A stretch of DNA of 63,680 bases, the filler included, from Choristocarpus tenellus KU-1152 (Eukaryota; Protista; Phaeophyceae), in the NCBI GenBank assembly GCA_964200185.2. It is 11 parts of 11 records of this genome, joined end to end, with 100 filler letters (N's around TTAATTAATTAA, not from the genome) between each part and the next. Parts side by side here need not be neighbours in the genome. Positions count along the whole stretch, not along the records: positions 1 to 5,038 come from CAXNAD020012087.1; positions 5,139 to 14,727 come from CAXNAD020003552.1; 9 more parts are not named here. One strand, given 5' to 3'. Shown here one piece after another: positions 1 through 13,090 of the stretch (positions within the stretch are counted from its first letter, which is position 1; each line of letters opens with the position of its first letter). The translations under genes and the position numbers were made by a program. The notes under the pieces are model-generated. The model had not been told where the DNA came from. It saw nothing but the letters and a program-made list of their open reading frames with translations, and did not search any database.

Positions 1-3000
1 CTCTTGATGTGGGTTGTCCATACTGAGCAGAATATCCACGACTGCCCGGTAAGGGGGGTGGGGCAATACGTGCACGTGATGCTGCAGCATTTCTTGCTGC
101 CTGGGTGTCTTTCACCTGAGAGGGGCAGTGGGTGGCAAGATATGGAGGGCTTAGTACTAAAGTCTGTAGGGCTAGAAGTTTTCAGAGATGCCTTAGTCCA
201 CACAAAATAACATACAGAGGGAAACACTAACCTTAACCTAACCAAAGCCAGCTGAACTCGACATAATATCTCGAAATATTTTGTCTCCCGCCTCTACCGA
301 ATCAGCCATCACAATAATAAAAAAAAATGGCCTACAATAACTCAAGTAAAACATGCACACTTTCAACACCTTGCAGATCATATGATCACCGACACCAAGG
401 TGTCCCAACACCAAGCTAACCAATTACATTCTACCAGTCCACAGCATAATCATCCCACTCCTCAATTTCAATTCCTCACAATCTTCAAATTATTTAATAG
501 GACCTATTGTGACTCAACATGCTGCAAAACACCTAGAGATTCCACAAACAGCAAACACCATAATTCTACCATATCAACTCCCCCAATACCTCTCCCCCTT
601 TCCAGACTCAGAATAAAAACCTCTGCTCACCTTTTTAATAGTTGCCCTGGCTATGAATTGCTTCCTAGACAGTCTTCTAATCTCTTTTAGGTACACATCG
701 GCAGAAATGACAGAGTCTGTCACTGCCTTCTCCAGGTGGAACATTGTATCTTCAATGGTGTGGTTCTCAGCAACTAGCATCAACATTCTGGAGGAGTTTG
801 AGGGGGGAATGGGAGAAGAGAGCACATCACACGAAATGTACACTACAACATTGAGAAGATTTTACAGCATCATCTCCAACAATCAGTGCAACTTCCATCT
901 ACTTCATCAATGAATCCCACTTCAAACCTCAACTTAAAAAACAATACATAAACAAAACTGCAGAATTGTGAAAAGAGCGAATTCAAAGCTTGTGATTAAT
1001 GGGTTCAGCTCTCATCAGTTAGACGCAAATAATCAACTTAGTCATACTGCATGGCTGTGTGTAAAAGCAGGCGACTAGACTGATTAGGGACCCTGCCTGA
1101 GTAGAAAATTTTTACGGTCATATCTCATTCTACTTGCCAAGTGTACGAGGGTGCCATTGACTGCAATTCAAAGATGAACATTGAAAAGCATGTGCAAATG
1201 GAAGAACTGAATAATCACAATTAATCTGATCCACACCAGTTCACAACTCCACAAAATTTGGTAGGGAATACATACATCCCTTCCACGTTTACTCTAGCTC
1301 CAACCCAACTCACTGTAATGAAAGCCCATCTGCCGGTTCAATGAAGTCGCCAACATCCACACATCCCTCTCCTTCTTCTTGCTTCCTCTTTTTCAGTTCT
1401 TCCTGCTCCTTGAAATAGTTGTCCATCTCTTCGCGCTTGTCTGTTGAAAGCTATTTTGCCCATACACAGCACAGTAGGGACAATGTCAAGGAGAAGGTAT
1501 CTCAGTCTCTTATTCAGCATGCACTGTCTCTCAAATAGATTAGGGCAGGTACTAAAGCAGAGACATCCACAACAAGGATCATATCCTCCGGGGCATAAAA
1601 CACCCAATAATGATTGATGACCCAATAACATCTAGTCATGCTTTGGTAGTCTCCCAGTTCATACTTCAAGCACACTATAGATGCTCTTTGTCTAGCACAC
1701 TCAACAGTTCAATAGGGGATTCACCATCTACACCATTGGTCGACGCACTCCATTCATGCTGGAGATGTCAACAATGAAGAGTTACACTAACTCACCCCAA
1801 AATGATATATCTCTACATCTTCAAATAAAGTCTTCTCACTGTTCGCAACATGGGGCTATTATAGTCACTCCCAAGGAGAAAAGCTACAAAATACGCAGAC
1901 ACTGAAAAATTTCAACACTGCAAAAAAAAGACAACCTACTTCACCTATACACAATCTGCAGCAGCAACAAAGGGGCACACCATGGTCACAAAATCTAGAA
2001 TAATCCCACACACCTCAGACACTCCACTGCCACAACACCAAAGTACCAACACAAGCTACCAGTTGGGTAGTCTCACTTCCTAAACAGGTGCTACCGGCCT
2101 CGTTTAAAAACCATACTCGGGCATGTTCTATTCTCACCTCAATCATGCGTGACAATTTGTCCTTTCTTTGTTTGAGTTCCTCCAAGTCAGCATTAATCTG
2201 CCCACAGAAATGAGTTCAATGAGTAGCAAGTTGTGCTGTGAATACTTTGAAAGGAATGTAACATACGAAACTCACTACCGTATCATACCTCGGGAAAGCA
2301 ACTCACAATGATTGTGCAAATCCCAAGAAATACTTAGAAAAATTACTCAGCACCAATGGATGGGCTTCACCTTTTGGATCGTGTCTTACTATCCCTATTC
2401 ACTACAACAACAAAGGCAGTCTAAAACCAAGTGAATCTACCAAGTTTTTTTTTTTATTTCCTCCCGTTTGTCTTGCGGAAGAGAGGTCATTCAAAGTCAA
2501 GCATTAGTGAACACTAGATAGGGTTAGGGTTACAGGTGTGGCGTTTCATCAGAATACTACATGCATCCACTACTAAATAGTAGCCTGACAGAAACAACCT
2601 TACGGGTGAAGCATTTCTCACATCAACACAAAGAGACAGTGTACTGTGTCCTGCAGCACTAAGAATCAATACCTATGTACATTCAAATCAATGCCAATCA
2701 GTATCTGCTATATATTTCACATACACACGTAGAGAGTAGCTAGCTCTATATGTGACCGCAAGGCTGTGACTAATACAGGCACAGTGGATTAGCCACGACA
2801 ACCTACTACCTGAGTCTTACTCAATCGATCCACTCTTCCAAACTCAAGAGCTGACTCTGTTCTTGCTACAACAGTGGACCCAGTAGTGTCGACCTCAATC
2901 CAAGCCTTCAAACTCAGTCAATCTCAAAGCTGGAGAGTCATACACAGCTTCCTCCAAAAATTACACCGATCGGTACTGAAGAGAGAAACTAACAACACCA

Positions 3001-4030
3001 ATAATATCCGCCTACAGCCCCCAATACTAAAAAAGAGGAAGCTGGTTCCAAAAAAGCGTTTTTTTTATTCCAGCATCTAGATCATAACATCCTCCACCCT
3101 CACCCCCCCCAGAAAACAACAGGGAAAGATGTGGAAAGATGTACTGCTGCCCCTTAAAAAATCATCTCAAAACAGTCCTTCCACTTGTTCAGCAGACATT
3201 GACACTCACCTATGGGCAGCTCTACTATATATGTACTACCACAATCCTGCCATCGCCAAGTCAAGGACAAACACTCATTTAAATGTCATACTAGATTATC
3301 AACATTTACACATGTTGGTGCAGATCATAGGAGCCATTTCAGGTGGTATTTTCCTTACTCCATGTACTATATATATTACAAGTCACTAAGGACAGAAATA
3401 TCTCATCTAAGCACAGGAATTGTGCAGTATGGTCACAGCAACACCTATCAATACTTGAAAAAAGAATTGGTACAAAACCAAATTGGAAGATTGAGACAGT
3501 GACTTAACATCAAGGCAATACAGCAATACCAACATTGCAATACACTTACATGCACATACATCTTCTGCTTCCAAAACAAATCTGCAATGCCACGATGTGA
3601 AACACACACCATCAAGACAAAATACTAACCACATTTCTTCATTTCAAAATCAAACAATTTCCACACCACAACTTCAACTATTTTGTTTACTAACATCCAC
3701 AACAATAGAGCAAATTAACGACACTACACCCAAATCCTTCACATCCCTCTTGGTCGATATCTCAGAAAAGAAATTATTCTTGACCTATGGAAGTTTCATG
3801 TTCATTATAAAAACATAAATGCAGAAGTATCACAATCACTCCTCAATTTCTGCCAACCTTTTTCACCCAGCACAGGGAGAAACCAATGCCCATACCAGCA
3901 TATCAACACTGTATGGAGACTGTACACTAGAAGAATGTACCTGTTCCTGATTTTGAGTTATCCGCTGCCCTGCTTCAAATTCAGTGTCTATTTCCTTGCT
4001 CAGTTTCTGGTACACCTCATGAAGGTCTCT
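1..4030 (-). CDS. TSG101: TSG101/Vps23 (ESCRT-I), 3' part: exons 4030-3941, 2197-2138, 1450-1314, 787-631, 115-<1
   Basis: Spliced translation gives a coiled coil (RDLHEVYQKLSKEID.../INADLEELKQRKDKLSRMIE/LSTDKREEMD...) followed by the Vps23-core/steadiness box (QMLMLVAENHTIEDTMFHLEKA..ISADVYLKEIRRLSRKQFIARATIKK). All four introns are GT-AG with compatible phases (0,0,2,0). UEV-domain exons are not on this contig. Confidence 0.85.
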
Positions 4031-4943
4031 CTGTAAAAGCAAAAGCATAAAAGGTGGATTATGCACTAAGCAAGTTCTAAATTCATTCAAATAAATAAAC
4101 ACATGCAAGATAAAAATAGCAATATAACATATCAGAGAATCAAGTCTTAAATCAATAAATGAAAAAAAAAACTTTCCAACTATAACGCACACCCCTCCTC
4201 CAACACAACACCTATACACAGTTTCCACAAGATAGCAACATGCAATGAAAATACGTAACGCAGTACACAATTTGCAGAATAAAAATAACAATAAAAATCC
4301 CTCACATCATACCAATGCGTTCATCTCATGATTTGTGCTAGTATTCATATTTTTCGACCCCATCTGTATAGGCTAATTCCTAGTTCTATTTCTCAGGAAA
4401 AGGCAAAAAAAGAGTACAATATGGTGCACAACAGAATACTTCTCAAGTTTGGAGCGAGTTCAACCTAGTTCATCTGACAGTGGCTGACACATTTCATCAC
4501 ATGGACTAGATTTTGTAGGCGACTTCATGTCTAAAGCAATGAAAAACACATTTTTTGTAGAAGGGTTAGGTTTACTACTCAAACAACAGCATAGTCAAAA
4601 GGTATCTCCTGAAATTGTAGGCTTTCAAATCTCATCATCACTTAAACACACAAAATAAAAAGGCTTCTTTCGTGGGGTAGATGCACACCTAGGATACCCA
4701 AACCACAAGGCAACCCAACCACATGCTGTAGATAGTCACAACAGAGCGTCACAGAGAGCTGAGAAAGTTCAGTACGGAATTGATGTTGTTGGTTGCTAGA
4801 TCTTCAGCGCCACATAATGTGGAACAAGAGGATATACACCCCACCAAACCCCAACACCACGGCCATTGACTCCTATCTCTCTATTGGGCACAACAGCTAC
4901 ACCATTTGCACCAACACACTCTCAACTATCGTGGGTGCCTCTC

Positions 4944-4957
4944 GGGTCAAAGTATCT

Positions 4958-4991
<34 letters not shown>

Positions 4992-5038
4992 CCCGCGACA
5001 GGCCTAGGCCATCTTTTTTTTTTTCTGTGTCTTCTAGG
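4944..5038 (+). mobile_element. Family-D TIR end (GGGTCAAAGTATCT + poly-G), truncated by contig end
   Basis: Same terminus as the complete elements at 15308-15490 and 20275-20457. Confidence 0.7.
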
Positions 5039-5138
5039 NNNNNNNNNNNNNNNNNNNNNNNNNNNNNNNNNNNNNNNNNNNNTTAATTAATTAANNNNNN
5101 NNNNNNNNNNNNNNNNNNNNNNNNNNNNNNNNNNNNNN
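5039..5138. other. Artificial contig-joining spacer (44N-TTAATTAATTAA-44N)
   Basis: Identical 100-nt spacer with a six-frame stop core, ten copies in the window. Confidence 0.97.
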
Positions 5139-8100
5139 GTGAAGCCTTTTTTTCACAGCGGGGGGGAGACTGGGTGTAGGAACGAAGGTTATCCTTGCCC
5201 AAAGGGAGAAAAGAGAGGGGGGGGGGTTACGTTGTTAGGGGAAGAAGATATACAATTAATTCCCACTGCGCAGTCCCAGAACGTTTTTCCCCTATGTTTC
5301 TTCGTGGCTGTAGTCCACGATGTAGAAGAATTCAGATTTTGGGCGGGAGACCCAACAATTCAGGTGGCATCGTATCCTGTTGTATGGTTACCAATCGCCC
5401 CCTTCTCCTTCCCTCGACTCAAATTAGGCCCAGGCGGCACGAATCCGTGCTCTTGAAAAGGAAAAGGCAGCACTGGAAGATCGAGTGCTGCGATTGGAGG
5501 AGCACTATCGACACGAGCGACGACGGAAGCACAAATCCCGAGGTGCACGCACAGTGACACCCACACCTACCCACACCAAGGCAGATTTTTCTGCAGAAAT
5601 GTCAATGCCTCCACCTTGATGCAGTCCTAGTTACTACTCCTGTCCCTAGTGTCCTTGAGGTGAAAAATATCTTGAGCGCGCAACTTTAGTCATTAAAACA
5701 AGGCCGTTTGCACGGTGAAGTATCTTCGTTCTTATTATTTTCAACACCACAACAACCCCAATCTGCTAATTGTCCTACACACCATGACACCCTATCTCCC
5801 TTGCTATGTGCTCACTCATAAAGAGGAAGAGTTGGAGCAGGAGGTGCTTAGGCTTCGTGATGCTCTCAGGGAGACCAGGAGAGAGGTATGATATTGTAAC
5901 ATAATGTAAACAGCAGTTTTGACAGATTAGTAGGGCACCTTGTTCGTGATTTTGACCCCAGAGCATAGATGCCAAGAGGATAGGTGTCACTCTCCTACTG
6001 TTTTACACAGCGTGAGATGAAGTTTGTTCAAGAAGCTGAGAGACCTGTGCATAGGTGATACTAGGACTAAAACCACCCAAAAAATAATAGGTTCTGATGT
6101 GATGTTCTAGTGGGACGGTGTAATGCTTCTCAGTTCATATCATTATAAACATGTACAAGGTTCTTTTACACAGCACCCTTTGCCATTGACGGGGGCAATA
6201 TTGGTTGGTTGTTTCCTTGTTCAAGTATTGTATCAATTGCCATGTGAAACCACACTGCAACAAAAAAAAACAAATCTCAATTGTATCTTTATGACAATAT
6301 TTATGCATCTACTGTCACACATCAATACCAAGACGATTTGTACGTCACTGTGAGTATGATATAGTGATATAGAACCTTTCAGTTTGAGTTCCATCTCTGT
6401 GTTTGTGTGCACCTGTGTGCACCTCCCTACAAATCTTTCCTGCCATTCCTTAACTCTCATTGGCTCATTGGGGTCTTGCCAGCATACATATATCCATGGG
6501 GGGGTTTTGCGGTATTGATGCCTGTTCTTATTTTCTCTGTATTTTTTATTCTGTTTGAATGCCACTGTACGCTTGCTGTTGTTGCCCTGTTGTCACTTAA
6601 CACCTTGCCACTCATGAACGGGATGGGCACAACACGATTGTTGCTGTCAGGGAGACTTGGCACTGGCACAGGCAAATGGAGAACTGGAGGCATTGACATT
6701 CAAGTACCATCAGGCAGAACACCTGCGACAGGTTCGGACATCAATTTTTGCCCTGGAGGGGGGATGAGGATTCATTACCCTCACTAAAGAGACATGTAAA
6801 CGTTGAGAGTTATCCACAGGTACCCCTTGGCCACAGTGTGGGGCCTTGGCTCAACTCTGAGGCCACAGGGAGGGGTCTGGGTCTTGGTTGTGCCAGATGG
6901 TCAGGTACAGGTTCAAGACTGAGACATTCAGGAAAGGGTTCGGATTGAGGTCGAAATTGTGGGCTTGTGTGGAAGTTCCTCTTATTTGCATCAATCGATA
7001 TTCAAGTATTGTTGTATTAAATTGTGTTCCAATTTCTAGATGGGGAACAAAGTTATAGTCCATCCAAGGTATGAATGTGTTGAAATAGTGGTCAGTCTAC
7101 CGCATGCCCTGGTGCATGTTTGAGGCTACCATGTCCGGATCTTTATTGGGCTACGGGTTTGGGTCAGGGTTCCTCTCTAGGGACACAGTGCCAAGCACGG
7201 ACCCAGGCTTTACTTCTGCTCAACACACAAGTGCAAGGGCAGATTCAGTTGGGACGCTATCCCGTCAAGGTCCCCTCTCACATCCCCTCTCATAAACCCC
7301 ATCTGTTGACAGCCTGCTACCCTGGCCCAAGATTTGCCTGCCATGCACTCCAACAAGATATAGCATCGCCCATCCATCCATCTGAAAGAGAACCTTGTTG
7401 GCTGGTGTTAACCCCAGGTTGCTTCCCTGGATCTATTTTGTATTATCATGATCTTGAAAACCTCTATAATGTATGTTGTGCAGTATCAGTATCATGTTTG
7501 TTGTGTCGTTCCTTATCCCCCTGGACTTTGCGTCATGGCATTACATTGCATTCCATTGCATGGCAAATGCCTTGGGCATAGCTTTACTTCTTGAAAATCG
7601 TGTAGGTTGGACCAGGTTAGATTGTGGTTGTCCACACCATCAAGTGAAGTGCATCAAGAATAGAGACCTGGAGTATCAATCCTTTTGGTTGTGTGTGTGA
7701 AGTGGTGCACAATTTTATCGACAACTGCCACTAATGACTTCTCATCATCCTTGTCCCAGCCCAGGCAAGATCTCTTCAACTATGTGATGTAAAGCCAAAG
7801 GCCCCCCTCCCGCACCTTTGAAGAGTATTAGTGATAACATCCTTATTTTTTGGTTGTCTGTGTTAGGTAGGATGGTTGATTTGATGCCCTGATATCAATA
7901 CAAAAAGAAGTGTTAATGCTGTTGCTTGTTGTAGAGGAAGTAGCACATTGCAACCAATCAAAGGATGCTAACATTGTGAGTGAATGTCCACAAGTACAAC
8001 TTAGCAAAGTAGCTCAGAAGGGGAACTATCTCTTATCAACCATCTTTTATCAACCAACTTCAAATCTACACCAACAGGTGTTCTCGACTTCTTGACTCAA

Positions 8101-8931
8101 AATGTCGTCTTTTTTAATTGCAGTAAGAAAATTCGGCTTGATGTCTTGCACCCAAATTGGTGTAGATTTGAATTGTTTCTGTTCATAAAAAAACTAAATG
8201 TGTGCGTGCCAGGGATCTGGCTCCTCTAGTCTCTCCTCCACACGGTGGTGGTTGTTTGTACCCCTAGTCTTCTTCTCGAAACTTGCTTATTTGAGGCCCA
8301 ACAATAAGGGTTGCGCTAAACCTAGGATATCTTTCCTTTCAATTTCTTGAAGCCATTTCTTGAAGTCAACGGTTTGGGCGACATATTGCATTCAAGAGCA
8401 AAGCCGAAATGACTTCCTTGTGACTACCATTTTCATACACCTTTTGCTCTATCATTGCAGTTGAGGAAGGCGTTTGTAATCTGGTGAGAAATGTTTGTCT
8501 CATTTTCACAACATTACAGGGTGGGTCAATTGGTGTGGTGGTAGTGGTGCGTTTTTTCTCACCACTGTTGTACACGTTATCGATAACCCTGTTGATGAGG
8601 TAATTGTTGTTCTTGTTGAAGTACAATAAACGCCTTATCCCCCGTATATTTAATCTGTTGTCTTTCGACTGAAATGAGGGATACATAGTCCAAACGGTGA
8701 TACCACTCTGATGAAGAATTGAGGGAGGCGTATCACATCCAACCATAATGCTTTTACCAGTATCATGTTAAAAAAAATCATATCACAAGCATTTTTGGGT
8801 AGTTCTCTGTAGTTTTGTCAGAATGCAACAGGTGTCTTCTTCCCAGGGTTTCCTCTCTCTTCGGTATCGATGCTATTAATACTATCACACCACACCGTCT
8901 CTATTGTGTTTGTCAACCAATCAGTCTTCAG

Positions 8932-10791
8932 AACGAGAATGTGCAGCACTGTGGATGTCAGCACGATCAACAGAAGGAGCGGAAAGCATCAAGGCCTCCA
9001 GCACACACGAACTCCAGGTGAATGATTGGGAGCAAAGGGGGAGGGGGTTGGGTTAGCTGTACTGTACTGTGTATTTAAATTAAAGGAAGTCTAGATGCGG
9101 TTGAGGGATGGTGATCAAAACGTTCTTCTAGGAAGGGATAAAGATGAAGGTAAATAAAGATAACACGTCAGAACAAAGGTGTACATCAAGGTGTGTGGGT
9201 GATTGTCACAGTGGCAATAATTGTGTTAAGGTGTTTGGGGTTTTTTGTCAAGGCAGAGAAATAGGTGGAGGTATGGGATCATCTCATCCTCCCTTTCACC
9301 GTGTTGATATCAAGCCATCTATCCTGATGCATGTTTATAGCTGAAAATGAAGGGCTGCCCGCTTATTTAGTGACCCCCTTGCACAGGTCTGCCACCTCCC
9401 TCTCACCACTTCATTGTCTGCATACATGAATATATTATATAGTATATAATTTATAGAAAAATGGTCCCATCTTGAATCGTGTCCCATGTAACCACTCCAG
9501 GAATATGTAACTGAAATTACTTGTTGAAAGGTGTACCTTCAAAATCTGAGGATAGAATGGGGTAGCCCTTGTGTCTGTTTCCAGTGGTGAGGCAGAAGTT
9601 TGCAGAGAGATGATGACTCCCTTTAGGTCGAGTGTGCTATTTGCTATGTGTTCTATCCATCTGGTTTATTGTCTGCAATATAGTGAAATCCTCCCTTGAT
9701 CTCTACAATAGGCAATGCTTGTCCCCTTGAAATATGAGCTGTGGTGTTGGTTGAACCTATTGGCCTATCATTACCTTCCTTTCAAGGACAGTCTTGATAT
9801 TTATTCCTGGACACCCCCTCCACATTCTCCCCTCGGCATGAACACACTATCATCAGAAGAACAGCTTGGTGTCATAGGATACAGATGTCTAGCCAATGCA
9901 AATCACGGTCAACATGGAGATTGACTGAAATCCTCGCTGCTTAAGAGTTAAATGATGCCAGCTGGGAAGTCACCACATTTGCACTTGCGTGGAATATTAG
10001 AATTGTGTGATGAGGCACTTGCACCTGATTATATATTCTTTTTTTTTGCTCATACTACCTTGTTAAAGGATCGTATGCACCAGTTGCCTGGTGCCATGAT
10101 AAATAGCCTGAAACTATTTCAATATAGGGGTGTAGAAGAGACAGAAAGGGCTTTCTCTCTTGGCTCAACACCTTTAGCCCCCCTCTTTCCATAACCTGGT
10201 GGACCTCAAATGCCCCCTACCAAGAAGTTGTGTTTATATGCAGTGTGTGCAAAGGGGTTTAATGTGTATGTCCTGCATACACAAAAGTACCTCACTCCAC
10301 CTACCCCAGCCTGCACACATCAGTGTTTTGCCACAAATCTGCCTCATTCTGCCTTCAGCCCTTGAGTAGCTCGGTCTAGATTTATTCTTTGATTTCAGCA
10401 CCAGTACTTTCTCATTTTTGCTGTATGTATCTTTGAAGATAAATTCCTTGTTCTGTTCTCATCGTAGGATTGTTTGATCTGCATGGTCTCAAGGCAGTGG
10501 TGGGCACCTCCAGCATACACAGATAACTACCTGATGACAAGTTAATTTTAGCTCCCAAATGCCGTCCTCTTTGTGAACTCTTCCCAGATGGAAGCAGAGG
10601 AGGCAAAGCGAAAGTGCAAGGCCCTTACAGCACGCAACCAAGCACTCTCAAGGGAGTTGATTAAGATAGACCAATCCTTGGTGAAGGCCTTGCAGGACCA
10701 TGGCCTCACTCTGGATGATGTGAACCCCCCACGCAGCTCACGCATGCCTCGCAGGAGTCACAGCAAGCAAAGCTTAGAGAGTCATTTCTAG
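8932..10791 (+). CDS. Last exon(s) of an unidentified coiled-coil protein: 8932-9017 (tentative) and 10588-10791
   Basis: ttcccag|ATG acceptor, then MEAEEAKRKCKALTARNQALSRELIKIDQSLVKAL...ESHF*. The upstream cag|...CAG|gtgaat exon is phase-compatible. Confidence 0.5.
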
Positions 10792-10951
10792 AGGGTTTTC
10801 ACAGTTTATTTTGGTGCTTTATGGCTCACCTCAGTATTGGTCGCCATGCATTATGTGATAGAGTTTTATAATGATGTATGTTTGGCTCAAGGTCAGGCCA
10901 TGTGTTGTGTGTACCAGTAGAGCTGACTATAGAATATGGTACATGGGTGTG

Positions 10952-11348
10952 TGTTCTATGTTGGAGTGGCGTTCTTTGGCTCAGTATTTTCGTTCATTGT
11001 CTATTGAACATGGTTTTGCTTTACCCTTATTCTCTCCTTACTGGGGGTGTTGCTTGCAGACGATTAAGCCTTCAGGGGTTTGTTATATCGTTGGTCTGTT
11101 CAAATGTTGAACAGAGTAAAGATCCGGCGATCTGTATAGTAGTAGGGTCAGTTCTGTGTTGGAGTGGTGTTCTTTGGCTCAGTATTTCCGTTCATGTTCT
11201 ATTGAACATGGTTTTGCTTTACCCTTGTTCTCTCCTTGCTAGGGGTGTTGCTTGCAGAAGATTAAGCCTTCAGGGGTTTGTTATGTCTTTGGTCTTTTCA
11301 AATGTCGAACAGAGTAAAGATCGAGTGGTCTGTATAGTAGTAGGGTCA
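10952..11348. repeat. 198-bp tandem duplication (2 copies)
   Basis: TTGGAGTGG at 10961 and 11159. Both units end TGTATAGTAGTAGGGTCA (11150, 11348). Confidence 0.92.
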
Positions 11349-12239
11349 AATTTGTTTGACTTGGCACAGTGTATCTTGTATGCCTGGTGCAATGATACTT
11401 TGTACCATCAGACATTGTGCGGTACACAGCACATCCATACCTCTTCTATTTCTCTGCCTCTTCAGATATGCGTTAGATGGACAAACCTGTCACCACAACC
11501 ATTACCACATCCTACCAATTTAGTAGTGACTTTAACATATTCCAAAACTTGATACAACAAATGTCCCACCATACAACCAGAGTCCACCCCTGGAGCCAAG
11601 AGACCTCATCTCAAAGCTGCGTTTTTCTGTTCTGCAACAACACAGCATAGTGCGATTAATAGCTCCTCCCGCAAACGCAATTCAACCCTCCCTAAACTAG
11701 TATGTTACTTGGAGCAACCTAGCTCGATACAGCATCGTGAGGAGCAACATCAAGCCGTCTGGTTCCAACTGGCAAATACGAAACAGTGGTCAGGCCCCTT
11801 GGAACGCCAACAGACAACTCTTCATTGTCTTCTGTGGTGCCACACAGTCCAACCTTTTGAGCTGACCCACTGATAAGTTTCCTCCACCCTTTTCGTGCAA
11901 TCCCTCTACTACTGCACAATGTATTCGCTAATCTCAACATGACTACATTAGTGGTAGGAAAGTCTCACCACCACAGATAACTCAAAATGATATTGAGATC
12001 ACAGTATCATACACACATAACACGGCACAATCAAACGACACCTGATTGCTTCATAACGCACCTTCATAATAGGGCCAAGACCTTAACGAAAACTTGAAGA
12101 TAATTTTAAAACTATACATGGTAGATTTGGTATTGAAGTTTATAGGGTAAGTTCTCTGATCAAGATGATATCGTGAGTCCTGGATAGTACTCAGAGATAA
12201 TGGTGAACAAGTATAGTTTTTTCTTCCAACAAAAAATGT

Positions 12240-13090
12240 GGAAGTTCACCAGGAATCTGAGTTTTGCAGGCGGGAGAATTCTGGGAGGGGTGACATATGG
12301 GGAGTTGAGTGTTGATTGGGGTAAAAAGAAAACAATGGTAAGGTGGACGAAGAGTTAAGTACTGGGTCGCTAGGAGGCAGAAGAGGTAGGAGAGAAGTTA
12401 GAAATGGGTGGTAGGTGGAAGGGATGGGACAGAACAAAATGTAAACCTGCGGTTGGTGGGACAGGACAAGAACAAGGCAACCTCCGAGCAATCTTTCCCT
12501 CCCACCCACCCTTTCGATTGCTCACAACCACCTGGGATGCTGGGGGAAGGGGCGGGAGGTCAAGTTCGGACGTGGTAGATGTCTTCTAGTTCAAAGGCAC
12601 GATATTGAAGTGGATGGTAAAGGGGTATTCTTGGATTATTGTGGAGTGGTGTTCAGTCGTGCAGTGGAGTGGAAAGTCTTGTGGAGAGTGTTGTGGGGTT
12701 GAGAATGGTTTTAAATGGTGGGGTGGAGTGGGAAGTGGTGGAAAGTGGTGTGGAGGGAGGTGGATGGATTCTTGGAAATTGGTCGCATTGGTTGGTGACT
12801 GGAAACTGGTGGCGAAGAGTGATTGCACTGGTTGGTCATCGGATATGACTGGTGACTGGAAACTGGTGGTGGAGAGTGGTCGCACTGTTGGTCAACGGAT
12901 ATGACTGGTGACTGGAAATCAATGGTGAAGATTGGTCGCACTGGTTGGTCATCAGATATGGTTAGTCACTGAAAATCGGTGGCAAAGTTTGGTCGCACTG
13001 GTTGGTCATCCGATATGGTTGTTGACTGCATATCAGTGAATGGGAACAAAAGAGTAATTAATTATAATCCAGAATTCGTGACGAAAGCAA
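12240..13090. repeat. Unclassified interspersed repeat containing a ~56-57-bp minisatellite (about 4 units, 12781-13030)
   Basis: Colinear with 44165-44872 from AAGTTCA..AATCTGAGTTTTGC to ATCCAGAATTCGTGA. The unit core GTGACTGGAAA occurs at 12795, 12852 and 12908. Confidence 0.8.

Noticed and set aside
5650-8800. Possible very old Copia-like pol relic on the minus strand
   Set aside because: Only vague fragments (e.g. VLVDIHS, DPPCNV) and no diagnostic motif. It needs a translated HMM search.
10878-11552. 224-aa hydrophobic ORF with an internal repeat
   Set aside because: Explained by the 198-bp duplication just after a stop codon, in a likely 3' UTR or intergenic region. No splice or family support.
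12781-13030. CRISPR-like 57-bp periodicity
   Set aside because: The whole unit is repeated, with no variable spacer.
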